Source of the DNA: Byssovorax sp.
GTDB taxonomy: Bacteria > Myxococcota_A > Polyangia > Polyangiales > Polyangiaceae
DNA: 64,000 nucleotides
Reading direction: 5' to 3'
Assembly: GCA_025362495.1 (NCBI GenBank)
Contig: JANYGI010000026.1
Span: 66,118-130,117 of the forward strand
In this document: positions 1 through 9,212 of the stretch, piece by piece
Layout of the letters: each line of letters starts with the position of its first letter
Position numbering within the stretch: the first letter of the stretch is position 1
Made by a program: the position numbers and the translations under genes
Notes under the pieces: model-generated
Told to the model about the DNA's origin: nothing
Seen by the model: the letters and a program-made list of their open reading frames with translations, nothing else
Database searches by the model: none

Positions 1-1
1 C

Positions 2-166
2 GCGTATGCCGCCTTCGCCGCGCTGACCTCGAACAACGTCTCGGCGTTCTCGTGGGACGACGTCGGCGCGGCGGTGGCGCACCTCGATCTGAACGAGCCC
101 CACGCGGCGCGCGCGATGGCCGCGCTGGCGACGATGCGGCGCGGGCGCGCGGCGATCGCGGCCTGA
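2..166 (+). CDS. 3' end of an upstream gene (partial, product unknown)
   Basis: Frame-2 translation ...AYAAFAALTSNNVSAFSWDDVGAAVAHLDLNEPHAARAMAALATMRRGRAAIAA* has the high GC3 typical of coding sequence in this window. It runs off the 5' edge. No recognisable domain. Confidence 0.3.
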   Translation, partial: AYAAFAALTSNNVSAFSWDDVGAAVAHLDLNEPHAARAMAALATMRRGRAAIAA

Positions 167-311
167 TCGCCGCCGGAGCGCGCGCCGCAGGGCAAAGCGC
201 GCTTGCAGGGCGACGCGCGCCTTGGTACGCGGTGACGACGGACACCCCGCGCCTCACGCCGATCGCGCCGATCCGGGCGCGACGCGCCGACGACGCCGGT
301 CCCGAAGCCCG

Positions 312-2519
312 ATGACCGAGACCGTCACCACCTTCTGTCGCATCTGTGAAGTGCTCTGTGGCCTCGAGGCCGACGTCGACGGCGACGAGGTCGTCGAGCT
401 CCGCCCCGATCCGGCCCACGTGGCCACGGCGGGCTTCGCCTGCCCCAAGGGGCTGAAGCAGCACAAGCTCTATGCCTCGCCCGATCGCCTCCTTTACCCG
501 GAGAAGCGCGACGGCGACGCCTGGAAGCGCGTCTCGTGGGACGACGCGACCTCCGAGATCGGCGCGAAGGTGCGCCGCATTCGCGACGAGCACGGCCCCG
601 ATTCCATCGCCATGTACGTGGGTACGGCCGCCGGCTTCAGCGTGCTCCACCCCGTCTTCGCCCAGGGCTTCATGACCGGCCTCGGCTCGAAGAGCATGTA
701 CTCCTCGGCCACCCAGGACTGCTCGAACAAGTTCGCCGTGGCGCGGGAAATGTACGGGTTTCCCTTCACCCAGCCGTTCCCGGATCTCGACGAGACCCGC
801 TGCCTCATCGTCGTGGGCGCCAACCCCGTCGTCTCCAAGTGGAGCTTCCTCCAGGTGCCCAATCCGGCCGGGAAGCTCAAGGCGATCACCGCGCGCGGAG
901 GGCGGGTGTTCTTCGTCGATCCCCGGCGCACCGAGTCGGCCAAGAGCGCGGGAGAGCACGTGTTCATCCGCCCCGACACCGACGTGTTCTTCTACCTCGC
1001 GTTCCTCCACGAGCTCCTGGCGCAGGGCGGGATCGATCGGGCGAAGATCGCCGAGCACACCGCGGGATTCGAGGCTCTCTCGGCCCTGGTCGCGCCCTGG
1101 TCTCCCGAGCGCTGCGAGCGCGTCACGCGGATCCCCGCGGCCCGCCTGCGCGAGCTGGTCACGGCCTATCGCACCGCGAAGGGCGCGGCGCTCTACTCGT
1201 CCACCGGCGTCAACATGGGCTCCAACGGATCGCTCTGCTTCTGGCTCCAGGAGTGCATCAACGCCATCTCCGGCAACCTCGATCGCAAGGGCGGCCTGCT
1301 CGTCGGGCGCGGCGTGTTCGATTTTCCGGCCTTCGGCAAGCAGACTGGCACTCTCCTCCGCGACGATCGCTCGCGCGTCGGCGGCTTCCGCTCGGTCAAC
1401 GACGCCTTCCCGGGCGGCCTCCTCGCCGACGAGATCCTCACGCCGGGCCCGAAGCAGGTCAAGGCGCTCTTCGTCACCGGGGGCAATCCCCTGATCACCA
1501 TGCCCAACTCGGGCCGCCTCCGCGAGGCCTTCTCGAAGCTCGACCTCCTCGTGACGCTCGACATCTACAAGAACGAGACTGGCACTCTCGCGCACTACCT
1601 GCTCCCGGCGACCTCGCCGCTGGAGCGGCCGGATCTGCCCTTCATCTTCCCGCTGATGCTCGGGCTCCAGCAGAAGCCGTATCTCCAGGCGACGAAGCGC
1701 GTCGTCCGCGCGAAGGGCGAGCAGCGCGACGAGGCGACGATTTACCTCGATCTGTGCCGGGCCGTGGGCGTGGGCCTCTTCGGTTCGAAGATCGCGCAGA
1801 GGCTCCTCGAAGGGCTGAAGGCGTGGTCGTCGCGGCGCGCGCCGGACGAGCAGCCCGCGGTGCCGCAAGAAGCGCTCCTGTCGATGATCCTGCGCTTGAC
1901 GGGGCAGGGGAGCTTCGACGCGCTGCTGGAGCACGCCCACGGCCGCCTGCGCCCCGGCCACGTGGCGGGGAGCTTCCTCGGCTCACGCGTGCTGACGGAC
2001 GACGGCAAGGTGCAGCTCGCGCCCCCGGTGCTGATGAAGCAGGCCAGGGATCGCCTCGAGTCCACGTTCGAGCGCGAGATCCACGAGAGCCGGCGGCTCA
2101 AGCTGATCACCAGGCGCGCCGTCACCACCCACAACTCGTGGACGCACAACCTGCCCGAGTTCGTCGAGGGCGACCGCGGCACCAACTATCTTTACATGCA
2201 CCCCGACGACGCCGAGCGCGCCGGGATCGCCTCGGGAGACCTCGCCGATGTCTCGACCGACACGGCCACTGTGCGCGTCCCGGTGCGTCTTCTTTCCGAC
2301 CTGATGCCGGGCACGGTCGCCCTCCCGCACGGCTGGGGCCACCAGCACGCCAAGGGCCTCACCGTGGCCGGCAAGACGCGCGGCGTGAACGTGAACCTCT
2401 TGGCCGCCGACGGCCCGACCCACCTCGAAGCGGTGTCGGGGATGGCCCATCTCACCGGCTTCGTCGTCGACGTGGTGCCCGCGGCTGGACCGCAGGCGGC
2501 GAGCTGGTCCGGTATCTGA
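312..2519 (+). CDS. Molybdopterin (bis-MGD) oxidoreductase family protein, cytoplasmic
   Basis: N-terminal Fe-S cysteine cluster CRICEVLCG...FACPKG typical of Mo-bisPGD enzymes, with about 735 aa of collinear conservation. ATG at 312 (MTETVTTFCRIC) preferred over the TTG at 222 that the ORF track used. No Tat signal. Confidence 0.8.
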   Translation: MTETVTTFCRICEVLCGLEADVDGDEVVELRPDPAHVATAGFACPKGLKQHKLYASPDRLLYPEKRDGDAWKRVSWDDATSEIGAKVRRIRDEHGPDSIAMYVGTAAGFSVLHPVFAQGFMTGLGSKSMYSSATQDCSNKFAVAREMYGFPFTQPFPDLDETRCLIVVGANPVVSKWSFLQVPNPAGKLKAITARGGRVFFVDPRRTESAKSAGEHVFIRPDTDVFFYLAFLHELLAQGGIDRAKIAEHTAGFEALSALVAPWSPERCERVTRIPAARLRELVTAYRTAKGAALYSSTGVNMGSNGSLCFWLQECINAISGNLDRKGGLLVGRGVFDFPAFGKQTGTLLRDDRSRVGGFRSVNDAFPGGLLADEILTPGPKQVKALFVTGGNPLITMPNSGRLREAFSKLDLLVTLDIYKNETGTLAHYLLPATSPLERPDLPFIFPLMLGLQQKPYLQATKRVVRAKGEQRDEATIYLDLCRAVGVGLFGSKIAQRLLEGLKAWSSRRAPDEQPAVPQEALLSMILRLTGQGSFDALLEHAHGRLRPGHVAGSFLGSRVLTDDGKVQLAPPVLMKQARDRLESTFEREIHESRRLKLITRRAVTTHNSWTHNLPEFVEGDRGTNYLYMHPDDAERAGIASGDLADVSTDTATVRVPVRLLSDLMPGTVALPHGWGHQHAKGLTVAGKTRGVNVNLLAADGPTHLEAVSGMAHLTGFVVDVVPAAGPQAASWSGI

Positions 2520-2536
2520 GGGGTGTATCCGAGAGG

Positions 2537-3670
2537 CTATTCGGCGGCGTCGAAGGCTTCTTCGCGCGCGGCCTCGAAGCTGGCCATCTCGTAGAAGTCG
2601 TGGCCGGGCGAGCGCGCGATCATCGGCCGGGCCCACGATCGGCGCAGGTAACCGAAGCTGAAGACGCGCTCCTGGTACATCTCGGGGCGCTCTTTCTTGA
2701 TCGCCTCGGCGGCCTTGCGCAGGTTGTACCAGGGGATCTTCGGGGCGAGGTGATGGGGGAGGTGAATGTTGATGTCGAACCACATCGCCTCGATCCAGCG
2801 GGGGAATCGCACGTTGAACGTGGAGATCACCTGGCCGCGGAGAGGGGTCCAGTCCCTGGCGTCGAAGACGAGGGCGTCGGCGCTGGTGTGGTGGAGGTAC
2901 GTGAGCAGCGCGCCGTGGGTCGCCGCGATGAACGTGGGCACGAGGTAGTACTTGGCGGCCATCCACGCGCCGCCGAAGTGCACCAGCAGCGCGATGATCG
3001 AGCCGCTGACGGTGAGCATGAAGATCGACGAAAATAGCAGCTGACGCGGCGCCTCGCGGGTGATCGGGATCTGCGGCGCGAGCTGCTTCATGAAGGTGCG
3101 GCGGAACATGCCGACCCAGAAGCCCACCAGCATGCCGAGCGGCGTCCCGAAGCCGAGGCGCACATGGGCCTTGTCGCCGAGAGGAGCGTGATCGTACTCG
3201 TCGCGGGTGAGCATCCGCTCCGGCCAGTCGGGATCCTGGCCGCGGAGCTGCGTCTTGCCGTGATGGTGGTTGTGCCAGATCCGCCAGTTGTGAAAGGCCG
3301 TGTAGCCGACGGCGAGGCAGACGTGGCCGACGGCCTCGTTCACCCAGCGTCGCTTCGAGAAGGCCATGTGCGCGCAGTCGTGGCCGATGACGAAGATGCC
3401 AGTGAAGCACCAGCCCGAGAAGAGCCAGGCCGCCAGCAGCGCGGGGATCTGCCAGGCGAGGCCGGGGCCCCACACCGGCCTTATCTGCGTGAGGATCGCC
3501 GTGGCGAAGGCCAGGCGCGCAAACGCCATGAAGACGCCGCGCCACGAGCGGGCCTCGTCGATCTCGAAGCACTCCTTCGGGATGAGGGTGCGGATCGTCG
3601 CGATCGTGGTGCCGTCTTTGCGGGCCCGTCCGTCGATCACGCTCGGCGGCGCGGTTTCTGCTGAAATCAC
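2537..3670 (-). CDS. Membrane fatty-acid desaturase (histidine-box family)
   Basis: Three His boxes HDCAH, HNHHH and HLPHH separated by hydrophobic segments. Confidence 0.8.
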   Translation of the reverse strand: MISAETAPPSVIDGRARKDGTTIATIRTLIPKECFEIDEARSWRGVFMAFARLAFATAILTQIRPVWGPGLAWQIPALLAAWLFSGWCFTGIFVIGHDCAHMAFSKRRWVNEAVGHVCLAVGYTAFHNWRIWHNHHHGKTQLRGQDPDWPERMLTRDEYDHAPLGDKAHVRLGFGTPLGMLVGFWVGMFRRTFMKQLAPQIPITREAPRQLLFSSIFMLTVSGSIIALLVHFGGAWMAAKYYLVPTFIAATHGALLTYLHHTSADALVFDARDWTPLRGQVISTFNVRFPRWIEAMWFDINIHLPHHLAPKIPWYNLRKAAEAIKKERPEMYQERVFSFGYLRRSWARPMIARSPGHDFYEMASFEAAREEAFDAAE

Positions 3671-3739
3671 CGGCCGAGCGTAGCGTTTGTCGCGGCCGCG
3701 CGCTTCAGCTTTGCGTCACGATCCGCCGCGAAATCGCGT

Positions 3740-4438
3740 TCACATCCCGGGGAAAATCAGCTGCGTCGCGGTGACGGCGAGGGCCGTGGTCAGCGGGATC
3801 GTGAAGTTGTCGTCGAGGCGCGTGGAGACGAGCTCGGCGATCGCGCCGGCGACTGCGCCCGCGATCGCCAGGATGATCCGCGACGACCACGGCATGGCGT
3901 AGAACACCGCGAGCGAGGCCAGGGCGCCGACGGTGCCGGCGACGACGAAGGTGAGCGTGCCCTCGAGCGAGCGCCCGGTGCGAAGGCGCGTACGCCCGAA
4001 GCGACGGCCGATGAAGCCCGCGGCGGGATCGGCCAGGCCGAGGACGACGACGCCGATCTCGGCGGCGCGGAGCGGAAAGAAGAGCGTGAGGATCAGCAGC
4101 GCCGTGCAGTACCAGGTCGACGAGTTGACGTGGTAGCGCTCGCGCGGGTGGGCGATCGGCCTCAGGATCTTCATCAGCAGATCGTTCGCCGCGGGGCTCT
4201 GGCGGCGGATCGCCTCCAGCGTCCACGCGACGACGACGAACGTCGCGGCGATGGCGATCAGCGATCCACGTCCCGGCATCAGCCGCAGCAGCGCGAGCGA
4301 CAGGCCGCCCGACGCGACATGGAAAATGCTGCGGGTGTAATTCGCAGGGCGGGCAACCTGGGCAGGGGCGGGGACGGGCGCCTCGAAGGCGATGTCGCCG
4401 ATCTCCACTGCCGGGGCGTCGTAGGCAGGCTTGGACAA
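3740..4438 (-). CDS. CTP-dependent polyprenol kinase / phosphatidate cytidylyltransferase family membrane protein
   Basis: Multi-TM protein. Motif GRRFGRTRLRTGRSLEGTLTF resembles the Sec59/VTE5/CdsA family signature. The assignment is family-level only. Confidence 0.45.
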   Translation of the reverse strand: MSKPAYDAPAVEIGDIAFEAPVPAPAQVARPANYTRSIFHVASGGLSLALLRLMPGRGSLIAIAATFVVVAWTLEAIRRQSPAANDLLMKILRPIAHPRERYHVNSSTWYCTALLILTLFFPLRAAEIGVVVLGLADPAAGFIGRRFGRTRLRTGRSLEGTLTFVVAGTVGALASLAVFYAMPWSSRIILAIAGAVAGAIAELVSTRLDDNFTIPLTTALAVTATQLIFPGM

Positions 4439-4613
4439 GGTGCCCTCACAGTAACCTCGCGGGGGTGGGTGCGACCATCAGCGCTTCGTCACAAATCACG
4501 CCCCAGACCACGCCGCACCGCGTCGCGCGCGGGTCACGAAGGTTGAAGCGTGAGGCCTGGATCACGTACTTCTACGGGGAACCCCGCGCGACGCCGCGTG
4601 TCGGAGACGCCTC

Positions 4614-6422
4614 ATGCCCTCACCCCGCCTCGTGCCCACGATCCCGGACCTGCTCTCCGCCGATCCCGAGCTGCGCGTCGATCGAGCCGAGCTGAAGCAA
4701 ACCCTGATCTTCGCCTTCGCGGCCGGGAGCGCGGTCGACGCCTTCGACAGCGCCCTCGTCGGCGCGACGCTGCCGCGATCGCGCTGGGATCGCGGGCATT
4801 TCTCCAGGGATCTCTTCCTCGATCAGCTGATCGAGCGCTGCCTGCCGGTGCGGATCGGCGGGCGCGATCACGCGCCGTGCGCGGCGTACCTGCTCCGGGC
4901 GATCGCCGATCCTCCGCGCGACGCGGCGGTGACGGCGTTCCGTCGCGAGGTGCTGGAAGAGCTTGTTTCCTCGAAGGATCGTCGCGCCGAGCTCGAGCGC
5001 TGCTACCTGAAGATCGTCGAGCTGCGGACGCTGCTCTGCGCGGGGAGGCGCACCGGCGAGCGGCTGCGTCGCCTGGAAATTCTGCGCGCCGTTCACGACG
5101 TGATCGGCACCCTGGCGGGCTCGTTCGAGGGCGCGACCTCGGGGCTCGCGCGGGTCCGCGACTTCGGCGAGGCCGTGCGCGCGGGCGAGTCGTACCGTCG
5201 ACTCGACGCGCTGCTCGAGCACGAGCAGCACCTCGCGACGGTGGACCTGCGCGTGCGCATCGGCACCGACGGCGAGATCCGCGCCTTCCAGATCACGGCC
5301 GTCACCGAGAACCACGACAACCCGTTCCACGCCTCGGCCATCGGCCGATGGATCGCGAAGATACGCCTGTTTTTGCGGGGATATCGCGTCGACGGCGGCG
5401 AGGTCACCGAGCGGATCTTCGACGACGTGTTCACCGGCCTGGAAGAGAGCCTGGTGCTGATCTTCCAGCTCCTCGGCGACATGGAGTTCCACCTCGCGGC
5501 GCTCGGCTTCCGCGATCTCGCCGCGGCGAAGGGCCTCGCGGTCTGCTTCCCCGAGCTGGTCGTGGACGACGCGGAGGGCGCGCCCGGGATCAAGCTCGCG
5601 GGCCTCTTCAACCCGCTCTTGCTCGGCGAAAAGCGCGCTCCCGTGCCCTGCGACATCGACGTGGCGCGGGCCGGCTCGGTGGTGATCGTCACTGGCCCGA
5701 ACTCCGGCGGCAAGACGCGGCTGCTCCAGTCGGTGGCCTTCGCGCAGCTCCTCGGCGAAGCGGGGATGTTCGTGCCGGCGCGCGCGGCGCGGCTCCCGCG
5801 GGTGTCGGGGCTGTTCGTGTCGATCGTCGACGATTCGCGGGCCGATCAGCCCGAGGGGCAGCTCGGGATGGAGCTCTTGCGGATCCGGCGGATGTTCGAG
5901 GAGCTCGGCCCGGGCTCGCTGGTGCTGCTCGACGAGCTCTGCTCGGGGACGAACCCGTCGGAGGGCGAAGAGATCGCCCGCCTCGTGATCTCGCTCCTGC
6001 CCGAGCTCGGAGCGCAGGTGTTCGTGACGACGCATCTGCTGCATTTCGCGGCTCGCCTCGCCGAGGAGCCCTCGTTCTCGCGCACCGAGTTTCTCCAGGT
6101 CGAGCTCGACGAGCACGAGCGCGCGACGTACGGGTTCATCCCCGGCGTGGCCCGCACCTCGCTCGCGCACAAGACCGCCGCGCGCCTCGGTGTAACCCGC
6201 GACGAGCTGACCGCGTTGATCGCCGCGAAGAAGCGAGCCCCGCTGCTCGGGTCCAGCCCGCGCGCGAGTTCGCTGGCCACTCCCCCGGCCTCCGGCACTA
6301 CGATGCTCGCCGCCACCGCGGCGGCGATCGACGCTGCCGTGGGCCAGGCAGAACCCCACGAGGATCCCGATGCGCTCGTTCGCTCCGCTGCTCTCGCTCG
6401 CGTGCCTTCTCACGGCGTGTGA
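4614..6422 (+). CDS. MutS-family ATPase (domain V only, no Smr domain) with an unrecognised 350-aa N-terminal region
   Basis: Walker A VTGPNSGGKT and MutS signature LVLLDELCSGTNPSEGEEIA followed by VTTH. The 3' end overlaps the start of serpin 1 by 53 nt. Confidence 0.7.
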   Translation: MPSPRLVPTIPDLLSADPELRVDRAELKQTLIFAFAAGSAVDAFDSALVGATLPRSRWDRGHFSRDLFLDQLIERCLPVRIGGRDHAPCAAYLLRAIADPPRDAAVTAFRREVLEELVSSKDRRAELERCYLKIVELRTLLCAGRRTGERLRRLEILRAVHDVIGTLAGSFEGATSGLARVRDFGEAVRAGESYRRLDALLEHEQHLATVDLRVRIGTDGEIRAFQITAVTENHDNPFHASAIGRWIAKIRLFLRGYRVDGGEVTERIFDDVFTGLEESLVLIFQLLGDMEFHLAALGFRDLAAAKGLAVCFPELVVDDAEGAPGIKLAGLFNPLLLGEKRAPVPCDIDVARAGSVVIVTGPNSGGKTRLLQSVAFAQLLGEAGMFVPARAARLPRVSGLFVSIVDDSRADQPEGQLGMELLRIRRMFEELGPGSLVLLDELCSGTNPSEGEEIARLVISLLPELGAQVFVTTHLLHFAARLAEEPSFSRTEFLQVELDEHERATYGFIPGVARTSLAHKTAARLGVTRDELTALIAAKKRAPLLGSSPRASSLATPPASGTTMLAATAAAIDAAVGQAEPHEDPDALVRSAALARVPSHGV

Positions 6423-7716
6423 TCCCCCGACGCCGGCCGCCACGTCGTCGTCCGGCGGCGCGCCGATGCCGCCGCCCTCGGCCAGCCAGGTCGCTCCCGC
6501 GGAGTCGGCGACGCCCGCGCCCACCGCCTCGACGCCGCCCGTCGCTCCGCCCGCCGCCGGTGAGCTCGGCGCGCTCGCGAAGAGCAACAACGCTCTCGCG
6601 ATCGATCTCTACGGCAAGGCGCGCGCGCAGGCCGGCAACCTCGCGCTGTCGCCGATCAGCATCTCGACGGCGCTGACGATGACGTGGGGCGGCGCGAAGG
6701 GCGAGACCGCCGCGCAGATGAAGAAGGTGCTCCACGCCGAGGGCGAGCCGACCGCGGCGATGGACGTCTCGGGAAAGCTGCTCGCGAGCTTCGGCAACGA
6801 CGGCAACAAGGTCACCCTGCGCGTGGCCAACCGCCTCTTCGGCGAGAAGACGTACGCCTTCGAGCAGAGCTACCTCGATCGCACCAAGGCCGCGTTCGGC
6901 GCGCCGCTCGAAGCCCTCGATTTCAAGCACGCGGCCGATCCGTCGCGCGTCCACATCAACGAGTGGGTCGCGAAGCAGACCCAGGATCGGATCAAGGATC
7001 TCATCCCGAGCGGCGCCCTCACCATCGACACGCGGCTCGTGCTCACCAACGCCATCTACTTCCTCGGCGACTGGATGGAGCCGTTCGCGAAAGAGCAGAC
7101 GCGCCCCGCGGCGTTCCACGCGACCGCGAGCGCGACGAGCGACGTGCCGACGATGAACCAGGCGGCGCACTTCCGCTTCGCGGCGACCGATGGCGTGAAG
7201 GTCCTCGAGATGCCTTACCAGGGCGGCGAGGTGGCGATGGACTTCGTCCTGCCGGACGCGCCCGCGGGCCTCGACGCGGTGGAGAAGCGCCTCTCGACGG
7301 CGACCTTCGACGCGTGGATCGGCGCGATGAAGTTCGACCAGGTGAACGTCGCGCTGCCGAAGTTCGAGATCAACCCGGCGGCGTCGCTCTCGCTCGGCGA
7401 CACGCTGAAAGAGCTCGGGATGCCGCTCGCGTTCGACAAGGACAAGGCCGACTTCACCGGGATGGCCAACCCGCCGAGCCCGGCCGATCGGCTCTACATC
7501 AGCAAGGTCTTCCACAAGGCCTTCGTGAAGCTCGACGAGAAGGGGACCGAGGCCGCCGCGGCGACCGCCGTGGTGATGGCGCGCGCCGGCGCCGCCGCGC
7601 CGACTCAGCCGCCCTCGGTGTTCAAGGCCGACCACCCGTTCCTGTTCGTGCTCCGCCACGTGAAGTCGGGCGCGATCCTGTTCATGGGCCGCGTCAGCGA
7701 TCCCGCGGCGAAGTAG
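6370..7716 (+). CDS. Serpin (serine protease inhibitor) lipoprotein, paralogue 1
   Basis: Lipoprotein signal MRSFAPLLSLACLLTAC. Serpin core motifs NAIYFLGDW, hinge EKGTEAAAATAVV and C-terminal FKADHPFLFVLRH. About 45 kDa. Confidence 0.85.
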   Translation: MRSFAPLLSLACLLTACDPPTPAATSSSGGAPMPPPSASQVAPAESATPAPTASTPPVAPPAAGELGALAKSNNALAIDLYGKARAQAGNLALSPISISTALTMTWGGAKGETAAQMKKVLHAEGEPTAAMDVSGKLLASFGNDGNKVTLRVANRLFGEKTYAFEQSYLDRTKAAFGAPLEALDFKHAADPSRVHINEWVAKQTQDRIKDLIPSGALTIDTRLVLTNAIYFLGDWMEPFAKEQTRPAAFHATASATSDVPTMNQAAHFRFAATDGVKVLEMPYQGGEVAMDFVLPDAPAGLDAVEKRLSTATFDAWIGAMKFDQVNVALPKFEINPAASLSLGDTLKELGMPLAFDKDKADFTGMANPPSPADRLYISKVFHKAFVKLDEKGTEAAAATAVVMARAGAAAPTQPPSVFKADHPFLFVLRHVKSGAILFMGRVSDPAAK

Positions 7717-7819
7717 CCCCGCCGCGGCGATCGCGCCGATCGCGCCTCGCGGCGCCGAGATCGTCGCGGTCGCCGTGTCCCGTTCTCCCTCCCCAGCCAC
7801 CGACGAGAGACCCCTGCGC

Positions 7820-9169
7820 ATGCGCTTGCTCGCTTCGATTTTCCCTTTCGCGATCGTCGGCGCGGGGTGCAATCCGCCGCCGTCGACCGCGTCGACCGCG
7901 TCCGCCGAGGCGACGACGCCGTCCGCCGCGACGCGACCGCCGATCGTCTTCGCCACCACGCGCGCGCTCGCGCCGGTGAAGCCCGCACCGCGCGTCGATG
8001 CGCCCACGGACGCCGAGATCGCGGTGTTCGCGAAGAGCAACAACGCGTTCGGGCTCGATCTGTACGGGAAGGCGCGCGCGCAGGCCGGGAACGTGGCGAT
8101 CGCGCCGATCAGCGTCACGTCGGCGCTGACGATGACGTGGGGCGGGGCGCGCGGCGAGACCGCGGCGCAGATGAAGAAGGTGCTCCACGCCGAGGGCGAC
8201 GCGGGGCCCGCGATGGACGTCGCCGGGAAGCTTGTCGGGAGCTTCGGCAACGACGGCAACAAGGTGACGTTGCGCGTCGCCAACCGCCTCTTCGGCGAGA
8301 AGACGTACGCGTTCGATCCGGCCTACCTCGATCACACCAGGGCCGCGTTCGGGGCGCCGCTCGAAAGCCTCGACTTCAAGGGGGCGTTCGAGGCGAGCCG
8401 CGGGCACATCAACGACTGGGTCGCGGGGCAGACGCAGGATCGGATCAAGGAGCTGCTGCCCGCGGGCGCGCTCGACGCGGACACCAGCCTCGTGCTCACG
8501 AACGCCATCTATTTCCTCGGCGCGTGGGCCTCGCCGTTCGCGATCGCGGCGACGCGCCCGGCGCCGTTCCACGCGACCGCGAAGGCCGCGAGCGACGTGC
8601 CGACGATGAGCCAGACCGAGCAGTTTCGATTCGCGGCGACCGACGGCGTGCGGGTGCTCGAGATGCCGTACGCGGGCGGCGACGTGGCGATGACGTTCGT
8701 CTTGCCGGACGCGCCCGACGGGCTCGACGCCGTGGAGAAGCGGCTCTCGACGGCGACGATCGACGCGTGGACGAGCGCGCTGAAGCCCGATCGCGTGGCG
8801 GTCGCGCTACCGAAATTCGAGATCGCCCCGGCGGCGTCGCTCGCTCTCGGCGGCGCGCTGCAAGAGCTCGGCATGCCGATCGCGTTCGACAAGAGCAAGG
8901 CTGATTTCAGCGGCATGATCAACGCGAAGAGCCCCGCCGATCGGCTCTTCATCAGCAAGGTCTTCCACAAGGCCTTCGTGAAGCTCGACGAGAAGGGGAC
9001 CGAGGCCGCCGCGGCCAGCGCGGTGGTGATGAGCGGGCCCGGCGGGGTCGCGCCGAGCGCGCCGCCGTCGGCGTTCAAGGCCGATCACCCGTTCCTGTTC
9101 CTGCTTCGCCACGTGAAATCGGGCGCGGTGCTCTTCATGGGCCGCGTCTCCGACCCTTCGAAGAAGTGA
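7820..9169 (+). CDS. Serpin lipoprotein, paralogue 2
   Basis: Start taken at MRLLASIFPFAIVGAGC (lipobox); an in-frame ATG also exists at 7775. Same serpin motifs as paralogue 1 but a different reactive-centre loop, VVMSGPGGVAPSAPPSAF. Confidence 0.85.
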   Translation: MRLLASIFPFAIVGAGCNPPPSTASTASAEATTPSAATRPPIVFATTRALAPVKPAPRVDAPTDAEIAVFAKSNNAFGLDLYGKARAQAGNVAIAPISVTSALTMTWGGARGETAAQMKKVLHAEGDAGPAMDVAGKLVGSFGNDGNKVTLRVANRLFGEKTYAFDPAYLDHTRAAFGAPLESLDFKGAFEASRGHINDWVAGQTQDRIKELLPAGALDADTSLVLTNAIYFLGAWASPFAIAATRPAPFHATAKAASDVPTMSQTEQFRFAATDGVRVLEMPYAGGDVAMTFVLPDAPDGLDAVEKRLSTATIDAWTSALKPDRVAVALPKFEIAPAASLALGGALQELGMPIAFDKSKADFSGMINAKSPADRLFISKVFHKAFVKLDEKGTEAAAASAVVMSGPGGVAPSAPPSAFKADHPFLFLLRHVKSGAVLFMGRVSDPSKK

Positions 9170-9212
9170 CCGCGCGAGGACGAGCCTCGCGCGTGTCCCC
9201 CTGCATCCACGA

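Noticed and set aside
536-3037. 833-aa + strand ORF overlapping the Mo-oxidoreductase and desaturase genes
   Set aside because: Arg/Gly/Pro-rich low-complexity translation typical of an off-frame read through about 70% GC DNA. The in-frame genes carry clear catalytic motifs.
4614-6422. A MutS-serpin functional system
   Set aside because: Adjacency alone does not support a link. The MutS-like gene is common in myxobacterial genomes, and I see no mechanistic connection.
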